A DNA stretch of 64,000 bases. Origin: Bigelowiella natans CCMP2755 (taxonomy: Eukaryota; Protista; Cercozoa). The position numbers and the translations under genes are program-made. Below, in pieces: positions 27,641 to 41,167 of the stretch (position 1 is its first letter; each line of letters opens with the position of its first letter). The stretch spans positions 12,052-76,051 of the forward strand of contig ADNK01000414.1 of NCBI GenBank assembly GCA_000320545.1, read 5' to 3'. Below the pieces are notes generated by a model. The model did no database searches, was not told the origin of the DNA, and saw only the letters and a list, made by a program, of their open reading frames with translations.

Positions 27641-27958
27641 AAGGTCATCGAAGTGGTTGAGCATATGTGCATATCTAGATATGTGGTGAACTTACCTAGG
27701 AATAAAACAAGCTACAATGGCTGAATGGCAAATGCGCACAACGTATAGCGGTTGCACCTTTGCGCACATATAGGCATCACAGGATATGCATCTATGCACT
27801 GCGCATGATGCGTACATACATGCAAGTCTAGAAGTTGGTGCTGAGGAGGACACTCGATCTAGACACCATGCTAGCATGTATGGTACGGTAAACTACTATG
27901 GCTACATATTATGGTGTGCCAAGCATGTTGGTTTTGTTATCACAAAGCAGATCCTGTA
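27640..27958. other. Palindrome-rich tract 3 in the convergent gap OFCC1-like / COMMD7
   Basis: CATATCTAGATATG (perfect 14-bp palindrome) at 27670-27683; CATGCTAGCATG at 27867-27878; CCTAGG, TCTAGA, ATGCAT. Confidence 0.75.
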
Positions 27959-28420
27959 TTATGAATAAGATTCACAAACACGTTGAGCTTGCTCCATCTG
28001 CTGAAGAAACTTGTAAAATTGGGGTAATGTCATCTCCATCAAATGTTCCTGGATGTAGAAAAGAGCACTCTGAGTCTCCCAATTAAAACTCAAACATGCC
28101 GGAGTAAACATCTAGGCATAATCGAGATACGCAGGCATCGTCAGATGAAAATACCTCTGTTTTATTCCCCGTGTTGATGATAAACTTTAGTTGTAGAAAA
28201 CAGGTGTTTACCTACGGACATTCCAATTCTTTAGTACCGAATTTATCATCGATAATATCTCGCGGCACTACTACCTGCTTGAGCGAATCAGTGGATGCTG
28301 TAACCCCGAATTTCCATTGCAGATCCACAAGTTCATTGACTTTTAAGGTCTATACACACAAGTATATTGTTGTATAATGTTCATTGACTTTTAAGGTCTA
28401 TACACACAAGTATATTGTTG

Positions 28421-28469
<49 letters not shown>

Positions 28470-28690
28470 GTGTGTGTGTGTGTGTAATACAATAATTAAA
28501 CGTAGAATGAATTGTTAGTTTGTTGGAGACTTTCTCTTTCATTGTCTGGGCAAGTTTGGTGAACGTTGTTTTCCACATAGCTCCAATACTCTCGCTTTTC
28601 CCCGCCTATTTTGCATAATAAAAATATGTGCGTCGAAAAATATATCTTCATTCTACTAACCCACCAAACTAACCCACCAAACCAACCCAA

Positions 28691-28729
<39 letters not shown>

Positions 28730-28736
28730 TCAGAGT

Positions 28737-28779
<43 letters not shown>

Positions 28780-29235
28780 CCTCAGGAGGATTCATTTGAT
28801 AAGACAAAACATGAGAACACTTACATCTACTCCAAGTTTTGTAAGTTCCTCCGTGACCGTCTCAGCCGACATATTTTTCCTCAGACTCTCGCTCAGGAAA
28901 AAGAGGAGCCCTTTCAGAGTTTCCTTCAGGACTTTTGGTTTTATGTTGTGTTCAGCGGCAAACGCAGCCAATTGCTCCTCAGGCAAACGGCCAGATGTAA
29001 GAGTTTGGAATGTGAACCCTACAAGATGCTCCAACTGCTTTGTATCTAAGAGTTCTAATTTCTGCATAAGAAATAAAGACATATTCTCTCACTGGCAAGA
29101 TTCTCTAAAGATTTTGCACAATGCTTTCATGACAATGGAAATAAGTGAGCCTTCAGCTTCATTGCGGAGTGATAGAGCTATGATTTCACATACTTGCAGA
29201 TCCGCGGAGATCTTTCCATCGCCAGAGGAAGTCAT
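27959..29235 (-). CDS. COMMD7: COMM domain-containing protein 7
   Basis: MTSSGDGKISADLQ^KLELL...LKGLLFFLSESLRKNMSAETVTEELTKLG...^TLKVNELVDLQWKFGVTASTDSLKQ^VNTCFLQLK...^EHLMEMTLPQFYKFLQQME...*; WKFGVT and EMTLPQFY are COMMD7 hallmarks. Confidence 0.9.
28331..28426. repeat. Exact 48-bp tandem duplication spanning a COMMD7 3' splice site
   Basis: gttcattgacttttaaggtctatacacacaagtatattgttgtataat at 28331-28378 and 28379-28426. Confidence 0.95.
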
Positions 29236-29685
29236 GGCGGCCACCTGAACTCTCGAATCCGATGTTGTTGGCTGAATGGGGCCAAAATACTACGATGTAT
29301 TTTCGGATGATCCATTAATGAAAAAAGATCCTAATATTATCGACAACAAAAACAACAACAACAACAACAACTTCGAATTCGACATCTTAGGATCATCGTC
29401 GCATGCAAACACTGTCCAATGATCGCCCATCCACGCTTATTCCAAAAATAAATATCTGGGGAATATCAGGACCCACTCAATGCTGATCAAAAGATGTTGT
29501 TTATGTTCCAGTGATTTTTGAGAGGGATCCCAAAAACACCCTCACTAAAACCCCCACGAAAAGAACTACCACAACCCCATCACGAGATCAGAACAAATAA
29601 ACAAGGAATCTGTCGATCTGTTCCCCGGGGGGGGGGGGGGGGACTGCGGGCCATCGGTCTGGCAACAAATCCACGATTCCGGACA
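29236..29685. promoter_or_regulatory. Probable bidirectional promoter between COMMD7 and TRPML, containing a G16 run
   Basis: About 450 bp between divergent ATGs; poly-G at 29627-29642. Function inferred from geometry only. Confidence 0.5.
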
Positions 29686-31907
29686 ATGAGGGACAGCGAA
29701 GACAGGAAGGATGAACTTTACCAAAAAGCGAGACCGCTTACAAACGGTGAGTGTATAGATGATAGAGTGCTTTGTTCGTTGAAACTGAAGGACAAACATT
29801 GGTTGTTATTAGTGGTCCGTCCCCAGATACGGCAAAAATCCAATTTTTGGTGGCGATGCTCTCCATGGATAGCCTGGAAGTTTTTAATCGAAATTGGCCT
29901 GGTTGTGGTGTCCACAGCTCTGGTAATAGTGATGAGCAGCAACGACTTCAAGGCGAACAGGGCCTTGATATGGTCGCTGGAAACCATGCTGACTCCTCCC
30001 AATCTTCGAGGGGACAGCGGGATGGTGACCTATCTTGCGTCGCCGATGGTTGTTACCCAAGATGAAGCCATAGGCATTATCAGCAACTTCCACAAGGTGG
30101 CACCGCACAAACCATACAGGGAGAGTGAGGGGAGGGAGGAGATGGATGATGCAAATAAGTTTGTTTTTGTGTAAATACGGGACAGGTTTACTATGACCTA
30201 GGAAACACAACGGTGGACTATTTTAATCATTTCAACGACGAGCAAGGGAAAATCGAACCACTCAAACTTACAGTCTCACGATATAAAGACCCTTCAAGCG
30301 CTGGTGTTGCCATAGAGCGGTATGATCTGCTGCCTTTATCAACCAGTGGCGGCGAACTTTCTTCTCCCTACGAGAGAATTGGATTCCTGGAAAAACTTTC
30401 TTCCTTCGAGCTTAATTTCCGCATCTACCATTGTCAGATCTTATACCGTCGAATTTGCAAGCAATGGACTGTCAACTACCAGCTATCTCTTAGAGATGTT
30501 CCCAACGAAAACAATCTCGGATATGCTTCTCGTGGGTTGTTTGATCTGTCCTATTCATTTGAGGACGATGACTTATACGGCATTCATCGAACAATAGTGT
30601 TGCAACTAGGGTTCTCGTTGCTTATATTGGCGTCGCTCTCCCTTTGCTCATTGGTCTTGCCGATTCTCATTAACCTGTATAAGCTTCTTGCACGATGGCG
30701 CTCTGAATATCAGCAGAAGTTAAACTGGAACCGCCTCAATCACAGTTGGTTCGCGTTTGTAAATGGTGGGAGGGGTGGGATGACGAGACGCTCGCATTAC
30801 AGTTCCGGAGTTGACGGAAGCTGTTGCTCAAATATTTGCAACGGCCTCCTCTCTTCAACAAGCAGTGCTGTGACCAAGTATGTTTGGAGAACCATCGCAA
30901 TAGCAAGGGATTCGCTCTTCATTGCCTCTATTTGCACCATTCTCGAGCGCCGCACGCACTTCGTCACCCCGATTTTCCACGCGAACAACCGTATCTTGGT
31001 GCTGGCTATTGGAGTTTTCCTGGGATGGCTCTCGCTGCTGCCACATATCAAGATTTTCGGTCCGGAATACTTCGCAACGCTTCTGACTCTTCAGCGAGTA
31101 TTCCCTTTCGTCTCAAAGTTTGTGCTGGGATGTTTGCCTTTATTCTTGGGGTACATCATTCTCGGTATCTCGATCCTGTCCGTCCACACGCCCAAGTTTC
31201 GGGGGATTGGTGATTCACTTATGACTCTCTGGGCGGTTCTCAACGGCGACTGGTTGTTTGACAATTTCCAAGATGCCGCGCAATACATGCCAGTGCTGTC
31301 ACGGATTTTCTTCTACACTTTCATGATCCTGTTTATCATCATTATCTCGAAGCTTGCTCTCGCCTCGGTTGAGTACATTTTCTTCAAAGCAATGCCCGAT
31401 GTGTCGGACAGCACCAAGGAGGCTCATCACCTGAAGAGTGGTAAGAGAGCTACGAATGGAAGACGGCTGCGACCAAAAGGTTCCAAAACAAATCCAGAAT
31501 TAGTTCTTTTGAACTACATCGTCTCGGCGAGCAACGAACTGCGCACTCGATTTGAGCATAGCGTGAGGGAATTTCAAGCCGTAAATCCCCGGTTTGAGTA
31601 TTTGACAGGCGTATCTTCCAAACATCTCTCATTGGACAGACAGGAGGAGAAGGAGGGGTGGGGGCAGAAGGAGACTGATTTGCCTGAAGGAAACACGCAA
31701 GGCTTTGCTGCACACCAGCTGATCAAGATATTTAGAAATCGTCAACTAGCCTTCAAGTCGGACGTATTTGCATGGATGAGATCCGAAGCCAAATCTCTGA
31801 TCAAGACGAAAATGGCAGCGAGAAAAATCGAGCAGACTAGTATCTTCACAAAAACGTTATCTGGGAGTTCTCGACGGAAGTTATCAACACCATTGGAGGA
31901 AAGCTAG
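29686..31907 (+). CDS. Mucolipin / TRPML-like cation channel (2 exons, intron 30097-30185)
   Basis: S1 motif WKFLIEIGLVVVST, large lumenal loop, six hydrophobic segments, LLTLQRVFPFVSKFVLGCLPLFLGY, pore helix/filter LWAVLNGD, S6 SRIFFYTFMILFIIII. Confidence 0.85.
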
Positions 31908-31909
31908 TA

Positions 31910-32680
31910 ATGGTATGCTAGTGTGTCTTGCGCACACTGGCGCTAAGCTCCCTAAACTTGCCCAGGCAGCTATCAATAATCGTCACGATCACCTACATGT
32001 GTACTTCCTAATTTGCGTATGCTTTGCTAATCTTGGAAGAAAAATGAATTAAATATCGATAGATGAATTTAAGCCTCATAATGTGACAGCAATATGCATT
32101 ACATGCACTAGAACATGTCTAGATGTACGTACACACAGATACATTGCATATACCTAGATACATTGTGTATATACGATAGCATTTTGAAGTGTCCAGCGCC
32201 ATGCTACGCATTGACCATCGCATTTATAGGCGCTTGCTAGCTTCTAGAGTTACGCATGCTATGTCCTAACGCAGGCTAGCGCAGGGCAATGCATCCGAAT
32301 GTGATATTTGGGCTTTGGGCATTGTACATGCTATATGCATGCATGCAAGCATCAATAATAGTCATATGTACTAGTATATCGAGCACTGCTAGCTAGCTAG
32401 ACTGACCACGCGTCGCAAGAAAGCGCATAGCATCGCGACATCTGTACGGTAAGATGCGCCATTATGTTACCTCGCGTTATTACACAACTAGACAATTTAC
32501 GAATGCGCTAAAACTAGAAAACGAGTAGCGTGGCACGTACATATCTAGATGTACTAACGACACATAGGCTACTTGGGCAATAACGCGCTAATGCTTCCTT
32601 TTTGTTGTCATATAGCATTAATAGATTTGATTTTCCCTGCTGAATTACCATAGGTAGTAGGCATACATGCATGTGGGGGC
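31910..32680. other. Palindrome-rich tract 4 in the convergent gap TRPML / giant gene
   Basis: (CTAG)3 at 32389-32400, ATGCATGCAT, TCTAGATGTAC twice, ACTAGT, GCTAGC; no ORF in the track between 31907 and 32726. Confidence 0.8.
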
Positions 32681-32725
32681 TCATTTTAGGATTGCCGCTT
32701 CACAACTAATGCGTCGTTGTAACAC

Positions 32726-34859
32726 TCAGTCAGAACCACCTTCCTTCCGCATCAAAAGACGCTCTCTTACGCGCTGAACAGCTGTTTCCAGCATCACCGC
32801 ATCAGAGAACTCGTTCAGAGCCTCTTGGACCGCTTCTTGAAGGATATCCTTCGTAACGAACTTTTCGCTATGTCTGCCCTTGCTGTCCTTTGTATACTTG
32901 CTATCGACGTTATCGTCGACCTCGTTGTTGACTCCGCTAAGAATCTTTGGCTCGAAAGAAGGCATTCCCCGCTTGATGGCGGGGCTTGACTCGTTGATGG
33001 CGGCGTCGCTGTTGTTGTTTTCTTCCTGTCCTTCTTGTTCTTCTTCCTCTTGTTCTTCTTCTGAGCCCGACCCTAGAATAAGGGGGGACATGCCTTCGTG
33101 CATCGTTTGCTCCTTTTCGAAAGTCCCCGACACATCGATCACCTCTGCCCCTATCAAGTCTGACTTCAGCTTTACTCTTCCGATCACAAGCGACATGCGC
33201 GTCCCTGTGCTCTGGGCAGCTGTATCCACGCTGGTACGACCGCTGGTTCTGGAACTGGAGGATTCTGCTTCCTCCTCTCTAAGCGGCAATGGAAGCGAAG
33301 CTTTTGTCGGAATAGGCATGGGGAATGGCCTCCGAGAATGAAGCGGCGAGTTCTGTGAAGGAGTACCGGCGCTATTATTCTTTCCATCTACGGCGGCAAC
33401 CTTGGTGGAAGACGAGGGAGTGCCGTCGCTTCGCTGGCGGTGGTGGCGGCCATAAAACAGAAGAGGCGCGGAAGTTGACCTGGGAACTCCCCCTTTTTCC
33501 CTCCGCTCGAGGGATCGAAGCAACCTCCTCTGCCTTCTTAACGTTTTGACACCATGGGAAAGCTCCCTCCACGTCACGCCAGGCTTAAGCGTCACACGGA
33601 CCCTCAGGTCTGACCTCGATTGTGGCACGAGTACCAGCGAAGAGAGGGGGGCATGCTCGTGACGGAGTGCAACGGTCATCGACACGTAGCTTGCCAGAGG
33701 TGGAAGCACACTGAACTCAAGCTTCAGTTCCAGCGTCCGATCATCGCTGGTATTTCTCATTGAGAACCACTCTTCCACGTGCGGTAGGTGCTGTTGGTGG
33801 TGGTGGCGATGGAGGTGGCGACGGCGATGATGGCTCCGCCCCCCCCGCCCTCCGTTTCCTCCCCCTCCTCCTGCTGCGTCTATTGTGTCCAATGCGGCAA
33901 TTTCCATGCTACTAACAGTTCTCTTTCCCCCCTTCCCCTCCCCTACTATCACTTCTGTAGCCGAGCTACCTCCTCTGCCATTGTTATTGTTGTTGCTGCT
34001 GCTGCTACTGGGGATTTCGAGGGGGGGTAGAACCAATCGCCTCTCCGCCTTCTTGGGAGCGATGGCTTTGCTGCTGTTGTGGGTGGTGGTAGTGCTGCCG
34101 TGGTGGGAAAGAAGCTGCTTTCTCCCTTCGTGACGACTGACCGGCAGAGAGGGAGGAATTTCAGCATAACCACCGCCGGATAGTGGTGTAGTTGTCGCAG
34201 GATGGGGCAGAATCGAGAGCATGTTGTCCTTCCCTAGAAGAAGGAGCTGATGCTGCTGTTGCGTGGGATGTGATGATAGGGTACTGTCCTTCATGGATGC
34301 AGCACCAGGCGATGGTACATTCCCTCGAGATGTACCAGTTCCATTTCTTTCAGCGGCCGTTGCTCCAACAGCCTCTGCTGCTACAGATTTTGCTACAACC
34401 TCACTCTTGGCCTTGGTTAAAGCAGCAGCAGCAGCAGCACCGTCGTACTCCCTCAAACGCCCTAAAGCTCTCTTAAACCGGAGGATGATATCCTCCTTCT
34501 TGTCATGGTCGGAATTTGTGCTCCCTTTCTCCATCCTCCCTCCCTTCGGATTGGCGACGGGGCCTTGGCCGAGGGAGAGGGAACGACTCAGTAGCGACGG
34601 TGTGAGTGATGATGATGAATATGATGGTGGCCGTCGGACGCCCAATACGAAGACACCTGAGGATGGCTCACCTTCTGCATCCCTATATGATGATGATGAT
34701 GATGATGATAATAATAATGATAATGATGATGATGATAATGCCCCTTTGGCCCCCCCGTCAGCAGCGTTTCTTCGATGCTCCTCGACTGCTCGAACTGCAG
34801 CTGATGGACTTTCTCCCGTTACCATTTTGCCTGCTGGGGCCACAGACAACGAGTCATCC

Positions 34860-34890
<31 letters not shown>

Positions 34891-34929
34891 CTGCACATCA
34901 AGATAGGAAGAAGACACACAAACGGCATA

Positions 34930-34966
<37 letters not shown>

Positions 34967-35660
34967 GATATACCTCTTTCCGCTGCTGCCATGTCCTTGA
35001 TGCTCACAGGGGGGGCCGAGGGCATCAGCGGAGGTGTGTGGGGAGGGAATGTTGTCTGAAGGCGAGAGAAAGACAACGCATAGTGCGAAGAATGCCCCGT
35101 GATTAAGATGTCATGCACATCGAAGACTGGGTTATTGACGTTGGTAAACGTTATCGTGTAGCTGAAGCTTCCCACATTCATCTTTTGAGATGAGATCAGG
35201 AGATAGGCCACACAGTTGTTCCCTTGAGTGTCTTTATGTTCCTTTTCACCGGTCTTTCCACCCACGGCATCGTTGCTAACATTACGCTGACGACACCGTA
35301 TTCCAGGAGGGTTCGTCACAATGAGTATGTGAGCGGAGGAGGGGGAGGAGGAGGAAGAAGAAGAGGGGGAGGAGGAGGAGGGAGGAAACGAGCCGGAATG
35401 GCGGCCGGTCATCCTATTCTTCATGATTGAAGCAGCAGAATGATGAGCACCAACAGCATCCGTGGGGAAGGGATCCCCTCGAGGAGCGACAACACCGCCA
35501 CCGCTCCTCTGCTCATTTCTGCCTTTGTCTGCGCCCATCATTGCAACACCCCGCTTGCCGTCTTTCTTTTTCTTCTCCTCTTCGGATATTAACGACGACG
35601 GCGATGATGACGACTTCATCGGCAAGGTCCCAGGTATGTAACGGAACTGACGAGATGAGA

Positions 35661-35693
<33 letters not shown>

Positions 35694-38600
35694 TACTAGT
35701 AGTCGTCTTTGGCGGGATTGCTTCTATTGTTGACGATGCCCGTGGTGGTGATGAGCCATCTAGCTTTGTCGTCTCTCCATCTCGATGTCCTCTGCCTCCT
35801 TGCTGAGCAGCATCCTTCCCTTCGAGTGTTCCGTAGAGCGAAAATGCGGTTGGAACCGACTCCCTTTTGACGCGGAAGGTAGCAGGCACACATGACAGAT
35901 TCACCATCTCGATGGGAATGACCTTATCTTGCCACCCATCGCAGTATCCGATTCTGCCAAGGTCATACCGGGTGAACTTCGGCCTCGATCGTGACAAGCA
36001 GGCGTGCCCAGATACTACCACCACCCCGCTGGTTTGGATCTCAGAGAACCTCGAATCTGTCATCATCTCGCTGCTGCCGAATGTCGGTGATAGTGACGAA
36101 GGCGACGATGATGATGATGATGACGACGACGACGACGATGTTCCCAGGTGCGGAATAGAAGAAGCTCTCTCGAACAGCACCCAATAGTGAAAGGGGAGAC
36201 GTGATCCACTCATCAAAGCCTCCTGCTCTTTCTCCATTTTGCCGTACTTTCGTGAGAATTTCACAGTAATTATAGCCACCCGTTTCCCGCCGGGTGGCAG
36301 GGAAATGGCTTCTCCACAGAGACGCACATCGCCGAACTTCCTCACGTTCAGTTTGTGTTCTGCCGTTCTTGACTGGCTGCGAGGAGGATGATGAGCCGTC
36401 GCATGATTTTCTTCTTTGCTGCGTGTCTGCCCTACTTCTTCTTCTTCTTCTTCTTCTTCTTCCCATGTGACAAATACCTCAATAGCACCATCACCATCAC
36501 CACCACCACCACTACTACTACTACTACTACGTTTTCTTCCGCCATTACTACTGTCGTCATTCTTCGTCTTCTCTTCCTCGTTTTCGTTCCCCTTTCCTCC
36601 TCCTCCCCACTCCTCCTCTTCCTCAACCCGAGCCAGTACCTCTTGCTCGTTATTCCATGTCCATAGCAAGGGCCGCAAACACAATGCTTCCCGAGTCGTG
36701 TTCTCGACGATTATGCGTTTTGTAGACGGCTGAACCGCCTCTACGTGGAGTCTAGAAGAGGAGGAGGAGGAGGAGGAGGAGGGAAGGCCAGATTGAAGAT
36801 GCCATTCATCTGGGTGGTCAAGACCATAGTAGCTGCTTCCTTTTCGTTCCTCACGATCGACCTCAAGAGCAACATCACCATCATCGTCGTCGTCGTCATC
36901 TTCTTCATCACCATCATCATCGTCATCGTCTTCTTGCGGCTTCGAACCGTTGAGACGACGAGTCTTCCTCCTCCTCCTATTTCCTACTATCCTCCTCCTT
37001 ACAACGAACCTCTTTGTGAAGGTGGAGCTATTTGACTCTTCCTTCTCCTTGATCGTTCTCGCACACCCCAAAGCATTCTGCAGGACTGGTTTTAGGCGTT
37101 TCGTGAAAATACACACTACGTCGTCGTCGTTGCTGTTGTTGCTGTTGTTGTTGTTGTTGTTGTTATTGTTGTCTCTATTCGGACTTTCCTCCTCGTCGTT
37201 TTCTTCCTCTTCTTCTTCCTCGTCCTCATCTTCCTCATCAGTTGCGTCATAGCCATTATTGACGACATTCTTGGCAGCGGTAGGGTGCTCTACGCCTTCG
37301 TCGCTGGTCTTTTCATCATGACCATCACCATTATCATCGCCATTCTCGTCTTCCTTGCGGTGGTGGCGCTTGTTCTTCAGAGAATTGTGCAAAGTCCGCG
37401 GTTTTGCTCCCATTGCATTTGCGCTGATAGCTTTTTCAGCCTCTTCTGATTTCTGCCCACTTCCGGGATCTCTCAACGACGCCTTCGTTATGGTCTCCCC
37501 CCCCTTCCCTTTTATTCTCTCCTTCCTTGGTTCGTATGGAGATGCCATCACGTGAATATCACCCAAATAGACATCACAACGTGACGCTGTAGAATGAGAT
37601 TCTCCGCCTTTACGAATGTCGTCGCTAGCATTACCACCACAACCGCCGCACGAAGAAGACGACGATGACGTCCACGCCAGAGGTAGCGTTCTGTGGAAAG
37701 CAATCGTTCCAGGATTCACAAGCGCGGTCAGGTGCAACACAAATGGTGAGGTGAGAGTTGTCGTATTCCAGATCTGGATTGTAGCATGAAAGACACCCAT
37801 CTTCCTCACGGTCACTTCTACAGGCATTACTATCCTGCTGCTGTTTGGCTTTTCCCTGTAGCTGCTGACACTGGTGGCGGCAGCGTATTGGGAGGAACTA
37901 AGTTTCTCATCATCTTCCACCAAGACGTCACCGCCATTTGACAATTCACCGCCGCTATTACTACAACCACTGATGCGAGACGTGAAAGGCGCTAGAAGGC
38001 CCTCAGCTTGACCCATTCGAATGGCTGACGGCTGTGAAGGCGTGCATCGGTAGGACAACGGCAATCCCTTCGTCATGTTTGAAACTTCTAGCGAGAAGCG
38101 GAATTTGGCCACATCTCCAAGGTACGCTTTGTAACCGAGATGGATTCTCTTTTCTTGCTGCCTTTGCTGCTGCCGGTGCGTTTCTTCGTTAAGATTCTTT
38201 GAGTTTGCAGTCAGAGAACCACTTATTCTTCTTCCATCTGTACCCCGCCGGTGTGTTGCACTTGTTCTTTGCTGCTGCTGCTGCTGCTGGGACCATGGAT
38301 TACTTGGCTGAGTGAAAATCACTTCCTGTCCTTTCTCTTCTCCCTCCCCCCCCACATCGCTTCCGGGCAACGATACGTGGCATTGTAGCCGAGAGTATGC
38401 TACCCTCCCCACGAGCTTAACAGTGTGCGCGGATAGTAGCATCACACAGGCATTCTCTGCTCCTCCACTCTTTCCCCCCTCCATTCTGCTCTTCTTCGCA
38501 ACAGGAACAGTGATTGTTTCCGGGAAGGAGCTGTTTCGCGTGGCCAAGGCAAGAACGTCGTTAGGAGACTCTTCGACTATCTCAAACCGAATGCCCACGG

Positions 38601-41099
38601 AGAACTCACGGTAATCTCCTCGCTTTGCCTCTGCTGCCGACAACTGTGGCCTCAGCCTAACGAAGACGGCATTATTGGGGGATTCTGCCGTGAGGACGAG
38701 CTTCGATGGTCGCAGCGGCTTGCAGCACAGAGGGTCAAGGAACAGCTCCACTTGCGAGGAGAGTGTGGTTCTTACGCGGACAACTACGGGTTTCTCGTCC
38801 GTCTCCGCCCGCCGGCTCCTTATAGGGATCCGTACCACTTTCATCTCTTCCTCAACTAGCGAGAAGGCCACACTTCCGACGTCAATTACCCCGTGGCTGG
38901 GAACCCCAGGAAATGCGAGGTACTTTGGCCAATCGAGCTCCGCCTTCACCATCAACTTATAGTACAATCCGGAGGAGAGCAACCGTGGCCAAGCTTGCTG
39001 CTTGAGTCGCGGTCCTCCTCCTCCTCCTCCTCCTTTGCCGATTGAAGACGACGACACAGGAAGGACGCTGGTACACACCAGATAGCATGGCACTGAAATA
39101 GCTGCTGGAGTGCCAGGGATCTTACGGAACTTGATATGTAGTGATGGGTGGTAGTTGTTGTTGTTGCTTCCTCGTGTATCATCTCCTTCTTTCTCTATTT
39201 TATGATCGCCTCCCTCTCCCCTTCCTCCTAATTCCTTCCTCGCCATCTTTATGGACGCGAATGCCTGGACAGAATTTCCTTGTGGTACGACGAAGACTGA
39301 TAGATGATGATTGTCAGCATCGGCAGCAGCAGTAAACTTACAGAAGGGTGAATGCCTAAGCTGTGGGAGTGGTGCGTAGGTCTCGAAACAACCGTTGAAA
39401 TCTGTTGTAATGCAGCCCAAATTTATAGTGGAAGAATGCCTTTGCTGTTGATGATCACAAGCCACATTATTTTCGAGCCTCCCACTTAACGCAACAGTCG
39501 TTGCTGCTGCATCGTTTAAGAGTAATCTGCACTCGTGTGAAGAAGACCTTACTACTCGAAATAGCATGGCTGGCTGCTGCTGCTGTGGTTGAGCAGTATG
39601 CTGTTCTCCTCCTCCTCCTCCTCCCATCGCTGATTCCTCCCCTCCTTCGTCCACAGTCATGATCAAATAGCCAATGACATTGGCTGCTGCTGTTGCTGTT
39701 CCTGCAAACTTTGTTTTCTTCTCTGCCTTCAACCGATTTTGTAGCATCCATTGCTGCTGCCGCTGTAATGCAGAGCTGTTGTTACCGCCGCTGCTGTTAT
39801 TGTTGTTGTTATCTGGCCTCAGGTGACAGAAAACCCTTCTGACCGAGTTTCCACGAAGTTTGACTGTGATACTGTTTGCCGTCCATCTGAGTGTTTTCTC
39901 CACCAGAAACCACATGGAAGAATCCGGCGATGATGCTGTCGATGATGCCTTTGGCGGTGATTGGGACGGCGATGGCGATGGCGATGGCGGCACGATTTCT
40001 CCCTCTTGCGGAGATGAGGGAGCGGAGCCGGGTAGAAATGCTGGGGTTCCTGGCGTCAAGGGAGGCTGCTGCTTTTGCTGTTGTTGTACCTGGTCTTGGT
40101 CCTGCTGCTGCTGCCGCATATTTATAGTCGGCGCTGCGTGAACGAAGTTAACGGTGACAGCTAGCGAACGCGACATCGTAGAGCGTACCAAAAATTCAGC
40201 ATGCAACATTCCTTCATCCCCTGCTTCCAGAGGAGCGTACTGATGCTGCTGCTGCTGGTGGTGGAGGTGGTTGGAAGGGGCTTGATGTTGGGGCGGTGGT
40301 GCAGCAGTAGTAAAGAGGAGTTGTTTGATGATAGCACCAGCATCATCCCTATTATCGACGGGGATCATTACTATATCTTGGATGGCCGTAGAAGCCTTTG
40401 GAGATGACGGAAGAAGAAAAGAAGAAAGGTGCTGATGCTCTTGCTTTTGCTTCAACTCCGGTTGTTGTTGTTGTTGTTGTTGTTGTTGCAAAGATCCCGC
40501 TGGCGTATTATTGACATGTCCATCAGAAGCATCCGTCCCCCCCCCCACCATCATCATCGCATAGGGTTTCTTAGCAGTAGAATGGCGATGCAGGTGGTTC
40601 TGCTGTTGGTGCTGCTGCTGCTGATGATAGCGTGTCGAGGATGACGGGGAGAACCGCACCGGTATGGACACCATCACGGGACTGCTTTTCGGCCTGAGCG
40701 AGGCAACCGAAGAGAGAGCGATCGTCATGTTGCTAGAGGTACTGGATTTGAAATAGTTTGGAGAAGGAGGAGGAGGAGAAGGTGTCGTAGCCATTCCTTG
40801 CCCGTTCTAGCAGAGAGCACCACGGAAAAGCAAGGATAGCAAACAAACAGAACGCACAGCAAATTAAAATCAGATATAGCCCCGACATTCCAACCACTCT
40901 GGAAAAACAGAATACGATTCTCTACATCTATGGCCGCGAGAAGCCGCTGTGGCGGAATTATAATAATCGGCCACGTGTTGAAAATTTTATAGGGATATCA
41001 TCATCTACAAATGTAGTCACTTAACCACAAAATAAAATGACTTCTTTCTGCCTCCGGTGGGTGGAGAAACCACATCAACCCGCACATAAAACTGTATGC

Positions 41100-41167
<68 letters not shown>

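Noticed and set aside
5903-29264. TCCGATG at 5903, 6204, 6472 and 29258 as a promoter motif
   Set aside because: A 7-mer that I did not see in the other three divergent gaps; cannot be separated from chance by eye.
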